This document shows positions 11,660 through 24,900 of a DNA stretch of 64,000 nt, one piece after another. The position numbers were made by a program, and so were the translations under genes. Source of the stretch: Vicugna vicugna (taxonomy: Eukaryota). Positions within the stretch are counted from its first letter, which is position 1; each line of letters opens with the position of its first letter. The stretch is taken from the NCBI GenBank assembly GCA_013265495.1, contig MU061560.1, positions 1 to 64,000 of the forward strand, written 5' to 3'. The notes under the pieces were generated by a model. It saw only the letters and a program-made list of their open reading frames with translations, did no database searches and was not told where the DNA came from.

Positions 11660-14600
11660 GAATAAATTGCAAAGCAGCTAGAAAATTTAACTATATTAAC
11701 TAATAGAAAAGAATGTAAACAAAGGAAATATTCAAATGAAGTTAAGATCAGCAAAATTAATCTAAGAAAGCAGAAAGAAGAGATGAAAAAGGTAAAAGTA
11801 GAAGCTACTAAATTAGAAAATTTAAAAATGGTAGAATTAAATAACCCAGGAGCTGGTTGCATGAAAAAGTAAATTTTAGCAGAGTTAATTACGAAAAACA
11901 TGCAAAAATGTACTTGGTACAATAATTTGGAAATTCTAGATAAAATGGATACTTTTTAAAGAAACTATAATTTACCAAAATTGGTCTCAAAAGAAAGCCT
12001 AAAACAAAGTAATTACCATAAAAGAACGCACACACACAAAAGCACCAGGTGCTTTACGTAGGCAGTTATGCTGCATCGTTAAGGAATATATAACATCAAA
12101 ATTATTTAAGATGTCCTATCACATAGAGAAAGAAATCTTCCAAATTCTTTACGTGAAGCAAGAATAATTTCAATACTAACTCTGACAAAGACTATAGAGG
12201 AAAAAAAGGTCATTAATCTCACTTGTAAATATTGATGAAATAATACTAAATAAAATATTAGGAAAAGGAATCCTGCAATATCTTAAAGGAGTATTATGAC
12301 AAAATGCGGTTTATTTCAGAAATACAAGGATGATTAAATATTAGGACAGAATTTACGAATAGATCTGAGAAAGATCAACTCTATGGACTTTGAGAATTTG
12401 ATAAAAACATCTAACATCTACTTTTGAATCAAAAATGTCCATAAGAGAATAAGAATATAGGACAGTTCCTTAACATGAATCAATTTTAACCCTGAAGCCA
12501 GTTTATGTTCAATAGGAAAATATTGGAGAGAGTCTCATTAACAAAAGGTTAAAAAAATGATGACTACTATTTCCACTAACATTTTTTTTCTAGCTAATGT
12601 GATTATCTTTATATTTCTAGGGAAAATTAGAAGTATAAGAATACTGAAAACAAGGATACCTGCTCTTGTCATTTCTATTCAACATTGTACTGGAAGTTCT
12701 AGCCAGGACAATTAGACAAGAAAAAGAAATAAATGGCATCTAGATTGCAAAAGATGTAGTAAAACGATCTCTTTTTGCAGATGATATAATCTTACATATA
12801 GAAAATCCTAAGGGATCTACAAATCCATTAGGGGTAATAAATGAGTTCAGCAATATTGCAGAGATATGAGATCAATATACAAAAATAGTTGTGTTTCTAT
12901 ACACTAGTTATAATCCAAAAATAAAATTAAGAAAACAATTCCATTTACAATAACATCAAAAGAATAAAATATTTAAAATAGATTTAACAAAAGAAGTGGA
13001 TGGCTCATACTAAAAAAACAAAATATCATTGAAAGAAAGTAAAGAAAATTTGAAATTGAAAAGATATCTGTGTTCATGATAACCTAATATTGTTAAGATG
13101 ATGATATTCACCCAAATTAATCTATCGATTGAATACAATCCCTGCCAAAAGACTTAATACAATCCCTGCCAAAATTCCAATAGCCTTTTTTTTTTTTTTT
13201 GCAGAAATGGAAAATCTGATCCTCAAATTTGGATAGAATTGCAAGGGACCCTGAATGGCCAAAACAATCTTGGAAGAGAAGTTAAAAGTTGGAGAACTCA
13301 CATTTCCCCATTTCTAGACTGACTTCAAAGCTGCAGTAATCAGACTATGTGGTACTAGCATAAACAGAATGAACTGAGAGTTCAGAAATAACCCATATAC
13401 TTACGATCAACTGATTTTCAACAAAGGTGTCAAGACAATTCAGTAGGGAAAAGAACAGTCTTTAGCAAACAATTCTGGGACAACTGGATTATTTACATGC
13501 ACAAGAACAAATTTGGAACCCAAGTACCACACACTGTATTCAAAAGTGAATTTAAAAAAAAAAAAGATGAAGACCTAAATATAAGAGCTAAAATTATAAA
13601 ACTCTTACAAGAAAACATAAATATAGATCTTTGTGACCTTGCACTAGACAACCATTTTTTACATATGGCACCAGAAGCACAAACAACAAAGGAAAACAAT
13701 AGATAAATTGGACTTCATTGAAACTAAAAATTTTTGTGCTTCAAAGGACACCATCCAGAAACTGAAAAGATAACCTACAGAATGGGATAAAGTATTTGCA
13801 AGTCATATATCTGATAAGGGATTAGTATCTAAAATATATAAAGAACTCTAACAACCTAACAATAAAAGACACCCCAACTAAAAAAAATGGATGAATGATT
13901 TGTGTAGGCATTTCTCCAAAAAGATACAATGGCCAATAAACACATGAAGATGTGTTCAACACCACTAATCATTAGGGAGATGGAAGTCAAAATTAAAATG
14001 AGATACGATATCATCTCATCATACCTCACATGATGGCTATATTAATTTTTTTAAAAAGACAGTAACAAGTATTGGCAAGGATGTGGAGAAATAGGAACCC
14101 TCATACATTGCTGGTGGGAATAAAAAAAATGGTTCAGTGGCTATGGAAAACAATTTAGCAGTTCCTTAAAAAGATAAACCTTGAATTATTATATGACCAA
14201 GGAATTCTCCTAGATATATTCTTTGGAGAAATGAAAGTGCATATTCATTTAAGATCTTGTACACAAATGTTCATTGCAGCATTATCCATAGCAGGCAAAA
14301 AGTGGAAACTACCCAAATGTCCATCAATTGATGACTGGATAAAAAAGTAACATATCCATAAAATGGAGTATTATTTAGCCATAAAAAGTAATGGATGAAC
14401 CTTAAAAATACTATGCTAAGTGAAAGAAGCTATTCACAAACAGCCACATATTGTATGATTCCATTTATATGAAATGTCCAGAATAGGCAAATTCATAGAG
14501 ACAGAAAGTAGATTACTGGTTGCCAGAGGGCAGGGGGAGGGAGGAATGGGAAATGACTGTTATGTCTATGAGGTTTACTGAAGTGACAAAAATGTTCAGG

Positions 14601-16050
14601 AATTAGTGGTGATAGTTGTACAGTTTTGTGAATCCTAAAAATCACTAACTTACACACTTTAAACTGGTACAGTTTATTGTATTTTAATTATATGTCAAAA
14701 ATATTACCAAGTCTTAAGTTTATCAGATAGTAGTAAACTTTTCAAAAGAGGAAAGAAATAGTTTTGAGGGAAAGGAAGTGGTGAATTTATAAATTACTTG
14801 CAGATGATATGACTACATGGAAAATCTGAAAGAAAAACACAAAATTTTACAATTATGGGACAATTCAGGTGGATTAGTACAAAATTAATATTAAGGAATC
14901 ACTCATTTTTATACATACAAATAACAAACAGTTTGAAAAGATCTGCATAAAATAGCAAGAAGAAAGAATTAATTCCTGGGAATAATCTAACATAAAATGT
15001 GGAATGAACAAAGAAAACTTTTAATTCACTCCCAAGGAAAACAAAAGAAGATTTGAATAAATGGAAAGTCATAACTTAACACAAGATGGGATGACTCACC
15101 ATCATAAAACTTAAACTTGTTTCTAATTAATCTCAAAACCCACCACCCCATCTAAAAAATTTTTTTAAAGAAACAGACTGAGTCTAAAGTTAATACAGAC
15201 AAAATTTTAAATCAGAACATGTCTGATGAAGAAGAGAAATGACAGAGAACTAGTCAAGCCAAAGATTAAAGCCTGATTTCGAGCTGTAATGTGCGCTAGT
15301 GCAGAAACAGATGTATCAACAGAGCAGAATGGAGTTCAGAAATAGATGCAACTGAATAAATGAATTAGTATGTGATAAAGCAGTATTTTAAAGCACTAGG
15401 GTAAAAATGGACTATTCAATGCATGTTCAAGGATAATTGGAAAAAAAAAAGAAGGAAAAGTTACATCCATACCTCACTCTAACCAAGATAGAGTTCAGGT
15501 AATCCAAGATTAAAATGGAAAGAAAAAAAGCAATTAACCAAATACTAAAATAAATCATCGGAGAAATTTATGTGTAATTTCCTACAAGCTCAAAAGATGC
15601 TAAAGAAAAGCTTAAGAAATGCAGTTACCTATTTTTTAAAGTTCTCCATAGGAAAAGTTACCATAAACTAAGTCAAAACAGCAACTTGAAAATCATGTGA
15701 TACCAGCATCATAAAGGGCCAATTTTCCTTTAGTCCTAAAATAACTAAAGAAAAAAACAACCCAGTAGAAAAATAGACAAATCATATGACCAGACAATTC
15801 ACAGAAAAGTTAATGCAAATGGTTCAAACATATGAAAGAAAGGTTAACTCACAATAGGATGCAAGTTAATCATTTGCAATGATTATGCAAGAGATCATTT
15901 TGAACTACGGAAACAACAAAGAAAATATCTTTGACAATGTATTGTGTAGCTGAGCCTGTGTGGAACTCTAACTTCCAAGGGAGGATAAATTGCTTTCCAT
16001 GAAGGGTGATTTAGCTGGCCATTTTAAAAGTTACAAATACCTAACGAACT
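11660..16050 (+). mobile_element. ancient L1 ORF2 remnant (host of a younger L1)
   Basis: Degenerate ORF2 motifs at 11660-12640 and 14750-16050 (e.g. TTGCAGATGATATG). Confidence 0.65.
12645..14705 (+). mobile_element. L1MB-like 5'-truncated L1
   Basis: CTATTCAACATTGTACTGGAAGTTCTAGCCAGG and TTTGCAGATGATATA (FADD). L1MB-type 3'UTR ATATGAAATGTCCAGAATAGGCAAATTCATAGAGACAGAAAGTAGATT. Confidence 0.88.
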
Positions 16051-17108
16051 GATCAGTGTTGGTTGGCGAGGGGATGTCACTGGGGGAGACTCATTAGAGA
16101 AATTTAATTCTTAATTCAATAAATATTTGTTGAAAACCTAACCTATTTGTTGAAAACGTAATCCGTCATGTAGATATGACTGTTTCATGGCTATTGTTCC
16201 CAAGAAGTTTACCACCATGCTAAAACTCTAAACTAAACCCAACTATATAAAATAAAACATGTTCCAAAGACCCCAGCACCCTTGAACTCAAATTTATATC
16301 TGAAAAGATGCACATAAAATTGTTATTAGCAATTACCTCTATTGAGTAGAACTGGTAAGAAAGAGATCAGGGAAGGCTTTTATTTCTTTAAATAGTTCAA
16401 AAATGAAGATGGTGGGCTCATGAGTGATTTTTTTTTTTTAGGGTTTTTATGTTTCAAATAAAAACATAGTAACAAATCTAGCATTAAAAAGAAAACATGC
16501 AAAGTTACTTCTTCACATTATGACAACAAATTCTCAAATACCATGTCCCACCTCCCTTCACTTAATAGTACCAAACCCTGGTCCTTCATGTTTTTCTTGA
16601 CCCTTGTTCAATTAAGAACAAGTCTCCCTTTTTTTTAAGAAAAATGTACAACATATCAAAGGATGACATCGTTACCCTGGATCTGAAACATAGAAACTGA
16701 ATTAATTAAATAAGGGGAAACCATGATGATCAAAGTCCTGTTGGGTAAAGCAAATACAGGGTTGTGGGAAGCACTGGTTGGAGAAGTGCTGTTTACTAAG
16801 GCAGAAGTGGTTGAAAACCAGCTTTAGCAGCAGGGTTACAGAAGCCGGTTTCCTGTTACTGAGAGTGTTTACCGAAGCATGTTGTCACTGATTAAACAGG
16901 TTTAAAATCAGCACTGGTGTTTGTTACCATAGCCAAAAAAAAGTCAGTCTTTTCTTAGGTTGCTGTATTTTTTTTTTTTGTAATTCTTAAAAAATAAATT
17001 ATGTCTCTTTTCGCCTGTCCTTGACTAAAAAACTAGAGGTGTTTTGCACTGAGAGGAAGCAATTTCCTTGAATTTAACATAATTTGTTATTAAAAGACCT
17101 CAATAAAG

Positions 17109-18111
17109 TGCATTTGCTTTCTATCATTGCTGTCCCAGGTTACCACAAATTTAGTGGCTTAAACAGCACAAATTTATTATCTTACAGTTTGGTGGGCTAG
17201 AAGCCTGACACAGGCCTCACGATGCTAAAATCGGGGTGTTGGAAGGGCTGTGTTCCTTCCGGAGGCTCTGGGGAAAACTGCTTTCATTTTTCAGCTTCTA
17301 GGGGATGCCCACATTCCTTGGCTTACGGCCCCCTTTGTCCTTCTTTAAAGCCAGCAACACAGAATTTCTCTGACCTTGTTTCTGTTGTCACATCTCTTTC
17401 TCAGATCCTTCCTTCTGCCACGCTCTGCCACTTAGAAGGGCTTTTATGATCACACTGGGTCCACCTGGAGAATCCAGGACACCTTCCCACCTGGAAGTCC
17501 TTAACTTAATCCTGATTGTGTTACCGAGTCCAAACTCGTTCTGCTCGCCACACTACAGGCCAATAAATCAGGAGACAAAGTGTTGGGGCAAGGAATAACA
17601 ATTTCATTCAGAAAACCAAAGAGCTAGAAGATGGCAGAATAATGTCTTAGAGAACCATCTTTCCCAAGTCAGAATTCAGGCTCCTTTTATCCTAAAAAGG
17701 GGAAGGAGTGTGTTTGATAGTTTCAAACTTCTTGGTGTTGGAATCCTTTGTTCTTGCAGCTGTCCGCGTGGGTCAGGTCATGATGTCCCTGTAAACCTTC
17801 AACAAAACCAATGTTATTTTCTATTCTGCAACTTTGTATCTTTATATGGATGGGAAAGTGTTAATACCCTTAAAGGTATTTTACCAGCCTTGAGGATGGG
17901 CTCTCCTGTATATTTCAGGCTGTAGGCAACATTCTTTTGCAAAAGGTGCAGAACCAGCCCAGGAAACAGAGCACAGGGTTAAAGCCAAAGGCACAGATCT
18001 GATATGGAGTCAGATTTGTTTGTTTCTATTGTAGTTGCAAAGCCTCTTTTGCCACATTCAGAGAGTAGGACCTAGACATCCTTAGGGGACCATTATTCTA
18101 CCTACTACACA
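17109..18111 (-). mobile_element. MLT1 solo LTR split by an ERV LTR
   Basis: TACCACAAATTTAGTGGCTTAAACAGCACAAATTTATTATCTTACAGTT at the start. Resumes after 18037 and ends ATTCTACCTACTACAC. Confidence 0.85.
17519..18033 (-). mobile_element. ERV1-type solo LTR, family A, copy 2
   Basis: Starts TGTTACCGAGTCCAAACTCG and ends CTATTGTA. TSD ATTG / GTTG (3 of 4 match). Confidence 0.9.
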
Positions 18112-18139
18112 TGGAAAAGGAATTGATAAATATAACAGT

Positions 18140-18450
18140 TAGGACTGACTTGACTGCTTCAAGGAGTCAGGGATCTCTTTGTCTCATGCACAGGACATCT
18201 GCGAAACAAGAGGTCCAATTGTTATGGTAGCTCAATAATACCATCAAGGGAATGGATCCCCTTTGTCTTACTCTCTACCCTACTTAGCAATGATTGCTAA
18301 GCCTCAAGCATCGCACATGTGTTCTAGGGAAGAATAATGAAATGGAGGAGACAGTACCAGAAAAATTCAGTTTATGTGTTATTAGCGAGAATTGAATCAT
18401 GGGATCACCTCTAACTGCAAGGAAATCTGAAAAGGTAAGTTTTTAACTTT
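18140..18450 (-). mobile_element. old MLT1-like fragment
   Basis: Motifs resembling old MLT1 LTRs (ATCACCTCTAACTGCAAGGAAATCTGAAAAGG). Confidence 0.4.
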
Positions 18451-19582
18451 CCTGCTTCTCTAAAAAAAGAAGGAAAACTGAAATAAAGGTTGGAATGAGT
18501 GATGGATGCGCTAACCTATAAAATGACTGCAAAAATTAAGTGAACTTAACAAAGAACTTTATCTGGCTAGTGAAGAGCAGATACCCCATACTGGAATTTT
18601 AGTGAACCACTCGCTACATGTGTTACTCAGTAGTGGTCAGTCCTGTGTTCAAAGTTGATAAAGAGACTCAAGAGTCAAGACATGTTCCCCACGCCCACGC
18701 CAGCTGACTTAGCTTTAAAAGATACACAGTCACAATGCACAGAGCCAAGCAGCAGAAGCCGTCTGACATCTGACAGCAGGTTAGGTGGGCTTCCTGCCAC
18801 TCCCCTCCACTCCCCAGGGCTCCGTCGCAAGAGTGAGGCAGAGTCCCATGCAGACAGCTTCACCTCAGGGCGGCCACCCTTCCTGTTCCCTGCCTGTGTG
18901 TGTCTATGTTTGCTGGACGGTCTCTCAAGGAATAAGTGCCAAGTCACATGCCTCCCACTGCGGCTGCAACTCATCAGGGATTTCACAGCGAATGCTTCTG
19001 TGAGCCAGGTGCAACCTGACCCGCTAGCATTCCACGTTTATCTTACATCGCTACATTCCGGAGAGCAGAGTGGCAAGAAGGAAGTCTCAGGTCATATCCC
19101 CAGGGTCCCTGGGTCTGATATAAGAGTTCAGACCCACTGAAAACCCTTTCCTTGCAGGTACCAGGTACCTAATAAATATTTACCCATTCTTCCTCTTGAA
19201 TTCAGAATCAATTGAGATATAGGAGTCAGACAGATGAAGGTCAAAATAATCACCTTAACAAAGGTGACTGGAAGACGTGGCCGAGTGAGCATGCTCACGC
19301 TTTCCCCAGACTTTTGCACTAGTCCCTGGCACAGCTGAAACACAGGCCTCCCAGTAGAACAACGGAGGTCCTTGTGAGGAGAGCAGACCATTCTCTACAA
19401 GACACAGGTCTAGAAAGGGGAAGGGCTGAGCGGTTTGTTCTCCCCAACTCAAGTGTCCAGCTAGTCATCCCTATTCCCCTGGGGGGATTAAAGAGGGATG
19501 GGGAGAGGCTCAGTGATTCTCAGCCCTCCTGGTGGTTTGAAGTCACCCAGGGGACAAATGGGTAGCCAGAGGGAAAGTTCAT

Positions 19583-19617
19583 TGTGTGTGTGTGTGTGTG
19601 TTTGTGCATGCGTGTGT
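19583..19617 (+). repeat. (TG)n microsatellite
   Basis: Visible TG run with interruptions. Confidence 0.9.
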
Positions 19618-19624
19618 GGTTTCC

Positions 19625-19865
19625 CTTTTTAATTAAACTTTTTATTCTGAGATAATTATAGATTCACATGCAGTTGTAAGAAATAATACAGAGAGAAGAA
19701 CCCACACAGTCTTTATCTAGTTTTCCTGAATGGTAACATCTTGCAAAACTCTAGAACAATATCACAGCCAGGATATTGACATTGATACAGTCAAGATACA
19801 GAGCATCTTTATCCCCACAAGGATGCTTCATGTTGTCCTTTGACAGCCACAGCTGTTTCTCTACT
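19625..19865 (-). mobile_element. L1MC-like 3' end
   Basis: GAGATAATTATAGATTCACATGCAGTTGTAAGAAATAATACAGAGAG and CACAGCCAGGATATTGACATTGATACAGTC. Confidence 0.85.
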
Positions 19866-19994
19866 CTTAGGAGGGTTCATTTTTAAGTATGCTCTGCTCT
19901 TTTCATCAATGGCAGGGTTCCTCTGATGTATTTTCCTTTCTTTTATTTATTTATTTCCCTTATTTCCTTCATTTACAAAGGAAATGACATCCGT

Positions 19995-20112
19995 TTTCTT
20001 CCTCCCTCCCTTCCTTTTCTTTTTTCTCTCTCTTTCTTCTTCCTTCCTCCCTCCCCCATCTCTCTTTCTCTCTTCCTTCCTTCCTTCCTTCTTTACTTTC
20101 TTTCTTTCTTTT
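19995..20112 (+). repeat. CT-rich polypyrimidine low-complexity tract
   Basis: CTTC/CTTT-rich run almost free of purines. Confidence 0.9.
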
Positions 20113-20889
20113 CCAGAAAGACTATCTTTAGGCACCTAAAACCTATTGCCTCTAGGATTCTGTTAACACTCCTGTTGTTTGAGAGGATTACCTAGAATCA
20201 TAAAAAGAAGTGAGTAGAAAAACAAGTTCATTCATAAAATATTCTTCACACATTCTTCACTTAGTTTGTAAATGCCACGTTTAATATAGTTTTCATTTTT
20301 CCTTTATTTAACACAAAGCCATAACATCTCTGGGGCAGCTTTTATTTTTAAGACGGCTGTGGCAACTAAGTGTCTCCCTCCTGCTTAACTTTTCCAAAAA
20401 CCAAATACTTAGTGGGCTTCTGACCATATCAGAAACTAAAACACCATTGGGAACGTATTTGTTTTTTGATGGCCCTTCACAACAAACCTCGACTTCTCAG
20501 GACACATCTCTCACTTGGTTTATATAATAGAATTTCTGGCATCATTTCAGAACATTCTCGGAAATGTCCTTATCTCTTGTGTCTACCACATCCTTTCAGT
20601 CCTCCTGGTTTTCACGTTCCCTCCTGGTCTCACTCTCCTTCCTCGCTCAGAGGCGCCGTCATCCGTCATTCTTTCCAGCATTTTCAGCACTCTCACACTC
20701 TTAACTCTAGGGTTTCACTTGTGCCCCAACTCCAAATGGCAATCTGCCTCCTCCATTCCTATCAGGAGGCAACTTAGTAAAGAACATACGACATTAGGTT
20801 TTACATGGAACAAATAAAGATTCACATCTTAATTCTGTGGTTTTATCTGCAATGGACATTTACTAATTTTTGCTCACCATTACATAAAC

Positions 20890-21550
20890 CCTTTTCTGTT
20901 TTTCTTTTCTTCCAATTCTATTGCGATATAATTGACATACAGCACCGTACACGGTTAAGGCATGCAGCATAATGATTTAACTTACATACATCATGAAATG
21001 ATTCCCATAGTAAGTGTAGGGAACAGTCATCATCTCATGTAGACGCAACATTCAAGAAAAATACTCTCTTTAACAACTTTCATATATGGCATGCAGCAGT
21101 TTTAATTATATTTATCATGTTGCATGCTACACCCCCGGTACTTATTTATCTCATAACTGGAAGTTTGTACCTTTTAACCACCTTCATCCAATTCCCCCTC
21201 CCCCATCCTCTGCCTTTTGCAGCCACAAATCTGATCTCGTTTTCTATGTGTTTCGTTTGTTTTTAGAGTATAATTGACCTGCAACACTATGTTAGTTCCT
21301 GTTATACAACATAGTGATTCAACATTCCTATACATTTCAAAAGTATCATAATAGAACGAAACATACAGAGTCATACACAAAACAAACAGCTGGTTGCCAG
21401 AGGGAAAGGGGATGGGAGGAGCAGAAGAGAATAGGTGAGAGAGATTAAGAGGTACAAACTCCCAGTTATAAAATAAATGAGTCACAGGCATGAAATGTAC
21501 AATGTGGGAATTTAGTCAACAATTATGTAACATCTTTGCATGGTGAGAGA
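20890..21550 (-). mobile_element. L1 3'UTR insertion with 5' inversion
   Basis: 20890-21345 is a minus-strand 3'UTR with a T-rich tail. 21350-21550 is the upstream 3'UTR segment in plus orientation. Confidence 0.75.
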
Positions 21551-21599
21551 TTGCAGTTCCTTTGTCTTTTGGCAATAAGTCCCCAGTTCTCCTTTGGCG

Positions 21600-21950
21600 A
21601 ATTACCTCTCCAACACTGTACTGCAGTCTTAGAGGCAGCTCCCCTAAAATAAGCATATGCCCCTTGCTAGGGCAAACAATCTCTGTCTCTCTGAAATTAG
21701 ACTCTGGAGTGGAGTGATCCAACGACATTAAGTAATTTACATAGGCAGCTACGTCCTAAAGAATCAGTCTGTCTGTTTCTACTAGTGAGACCTGTGAAAA
21801 ATATTTTGGTTTCAACCTTTATCTGCTGATTCATTAGCCTCCTCTTTGTTTTGGCAGCTTGCACATATCCTTTCAAAGAAATTCCTTTTATCTTGCATTA
21901 GCCAGAGTCATTTTCTGTTGTCTGCAACCGCAAAACCCTAACTAATTAGC
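21600..21950 (+). mobile_element. old MLT1-like fragment
   Basis: Ends with the MLT1-type terminus AATTCCTTTT...GCCAGAGTCATTTTCTGTTGTCTGCAACC. Confidence 0.5.
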
Positions 21951-24900
21951 TGTGGAAGCTTATATTAGTGACTTAAATTTTGTATAATCAAGAAAATTAT
22001 ATTTATGTATGTGGATTAAATGTGAAAACATTTAATCTGGCATGCAATAGTCACAATAAATCCATGACCTCTAAACTCAGGTGAACCTCCAAGAGAGCTT
22101 GGCAATCATTCTATTTGCTCTGGGCCATCTGCTTTTCCAAAATCCTCATCAGATTTTACAGACATTTACAATTTTCTTCAGGCTACCCTTTCAGCCTCCC
22201 CCTCAATCTCAGCAGCCTGTCTCAAACGTAACAGGAGAATGTCAAGGAGACAGAAGTACCAGGTTTGCAAAGTCTTAGAAGGTTTTATTGAGCTTGTGAT
22301 TCATGCCAGTGTCATGATGTCTCAAGCCCTGCTCGTAAGAAAAAATTTTTGAAAAAAAAAAGATATAATTAAAGTCATCTCAAATTTACAACATTAATCA
22401 GGGTCTCCTTACTATTATCTACATCCTATGATAAGTGTTTGTGATGCTCAAAGTGATTCTGTGGTTCCTTTTGCATGTATGCCCCCTTCTGTAACATGCA
22501 GTGCTAGACTGGGAGGTCGTAATTTGCTCTGCTGCTGAAATTCTTCCTCCTCATTTGATGATGTCAGACTTGAAGCTTGTATGTGATATCTCATCTTCTT
22601 ACTGTGGGCTTCGGGTATGCTGTGGAAGTCAGTACTATTCAGGCTTTGAACAACTGTTAGGATCAGAATGCTCCTGGTTTGTCATGGCACTAGAAAGAGC
22701 ATCTGAAATGTTTTGTGCTTTTTCCCAGTCAACCATCAGAACGTCAAGATATCATATGGCTAATGGGATATCACTGATATGTGGAATATAATAATAATAA
22801 TAATAATGACACAAATGGACTACTTATTATTTACAACTTACATGACTGATTTCTTGAATATGTGTCAGCACATCTGACTGTCCTTTATGACTGGATTACT
22901 GCATTCTGTTGATTCTTATTTTGTGGTTGGCTTTATTCCTTGGATAACTATGTAAGTTTCAAAAGCTAAAACTCTAATCTGTTCTTAGAAACAATGATCA
23001 GTACGTATATGTAAACTAAAAAAAGTGCAGAATATTGTATATATGTATTTACATGAAATATAAATGGACATGTGCAGTCAAACTGTAATAATTCTACATA
23101 ATAAAACTGAAAAAAGGAAAAAAAGATTACATATGGCTACAAATAATATATATGTAGTAAAGGAGGCGAGTTATGTCTTAATGACAAGAGTCTATAAAGC
23201 ATTCTCAACATACCAAAAACACAGATGTATCAGTATAAAGCAACAGTAGTCATAAATTTATGCAGCCCTAGTGATAAATTAAAAGTAGCACCGTGCAATG
23301 AACGAATGTTAACCAACTTGAAAAGGTAGTTTCAGGGTATCTAGAGCCAAGGCTTGTACCTTTCGCTCTGATTTCTGGATAATGAGGCTCCCTTTTATAT
23401 ATTTTTTTCCTTTTCCTCCTCCCTTCCTCCCATCCTCTCTGCCTTTTTAAAGCTCCAAAAATAATCTAGAACTAGCATTAAGTTACTTAGATGTAGCATT
23501 TTCTCAGTAGAGATGTTTCCTTTTTTTTTACTACTTAAAATATCATTTTATTTTGCAATTTCCTTCCCACACTACTGAAGTTTCTCAATGTTCAGATATT
23601 TTTCTTGGATGAGACAAGAGTTTCTTCTTGTTGTCCACAATCAGTTTCAAACCTTAGACCCACAGGACCACTGCTGACTGGCTTCTGGGCAGCCTATTTG
23701 ACCATATGGGCTTTGAAGTACAGTGACGGTTTCATCAGTCTTAGAGCAGAGGCTCTAGAAAGTCAAGTGTAAGGAGAAGTTCTGCGTGCTCAGTCCCGAT
23801 GCGTGATTTCACTGACAAAGTAAGATTCATGGCTGAAATGAGAGGAAACACCTGTCCACCTGACATCTGGTTTTGCTCTTGAGGAAGGGCACATATCGAC
23901 ATGGAAATGTTAGAAGTCTCTGATCTTGAATGTCTGTGAACAGCAGGCTGCTGCCTGGTGCCCTGTGGTTGGGCATTACAATGTTATTGAGCATAATGAA
24001 CTCTTGCTCACAACACGTTTTTATGGTAGAAATGTAGGCAGAGCAGGAGTGGCTGTAATGACAGCTGCAGGATGCGGACTCAGTGTCTGTGCTAACAGCA
24101 CACTATGGGACCTGGCTCTTGGAACCTGATCTCATAACAGTGGTTTAGGGGAATTTTGAGTCTGAAACCCTGAACATTCCAGGGAGAGTTGGTCTTAGTT
24201 GAGCAATTTTGTCTCGGAGGACAGAATGCAGCAAGGTTCTTGGAGTCTTGAGATAGCCACCATGACATGTCTGAAGGAAGGGCTGGCATATAGGAGTTGA
24301 TATGAGGCTGGGTGCAGCTTTTTTTTTTTTTACCATTCTCTGCAAAAACTGATTATTAGTGTGAGGCTTCTGCTGCTTTTTATGTTGAACAAAAGCTATA
24401 AATAGTGACCTGGTGAACATATGGGTGAGTTCCTCTAGGAAAGTGCGGGGAATCCTTTGCTGGGTCCGCATTCCGTCGTGCTTTAGCACCAGGGGTTGTA
24501 CCATGTGTATAAAACTCTTTTTGGAGATAAGATTCCCTTTAGAATACTTTTTAAGAAAAGATTTCTCCTCCCAGTCAGAAGTTCTCAGGAGTACTCAATC
24601 CCCTCAAGTTGAGCCAACACATCTATCAGTTTAAAAACTTGTGGAGCTTTTTATAGTAACAGGAAGTTTTATTATAATGGTGTGGACCTCAGGAAAGAGA
24701 GCCAATCTGGGGATTTAGATTTGGCGGTTAGCAGCACAGAGATGATAGCTAAAGCCCTGGTATAGAAGAAGTTATAAAGAGAGAGTGTTTAAAGGAAACA
24801 CAGGCTTCAGATGACACATTAGACCAGATGGACTTAATTGATACAAACAGAGAATCCCATCCCAAAGCAGCAGAATACACATTCTTTTCAAGTACACGTG

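Noticed and set aside
22430..22760. Possible processed pseudogene on the minus strand
   Set aside because: I translated all three frames by hand and found no recognisable protein, tail or TSD.
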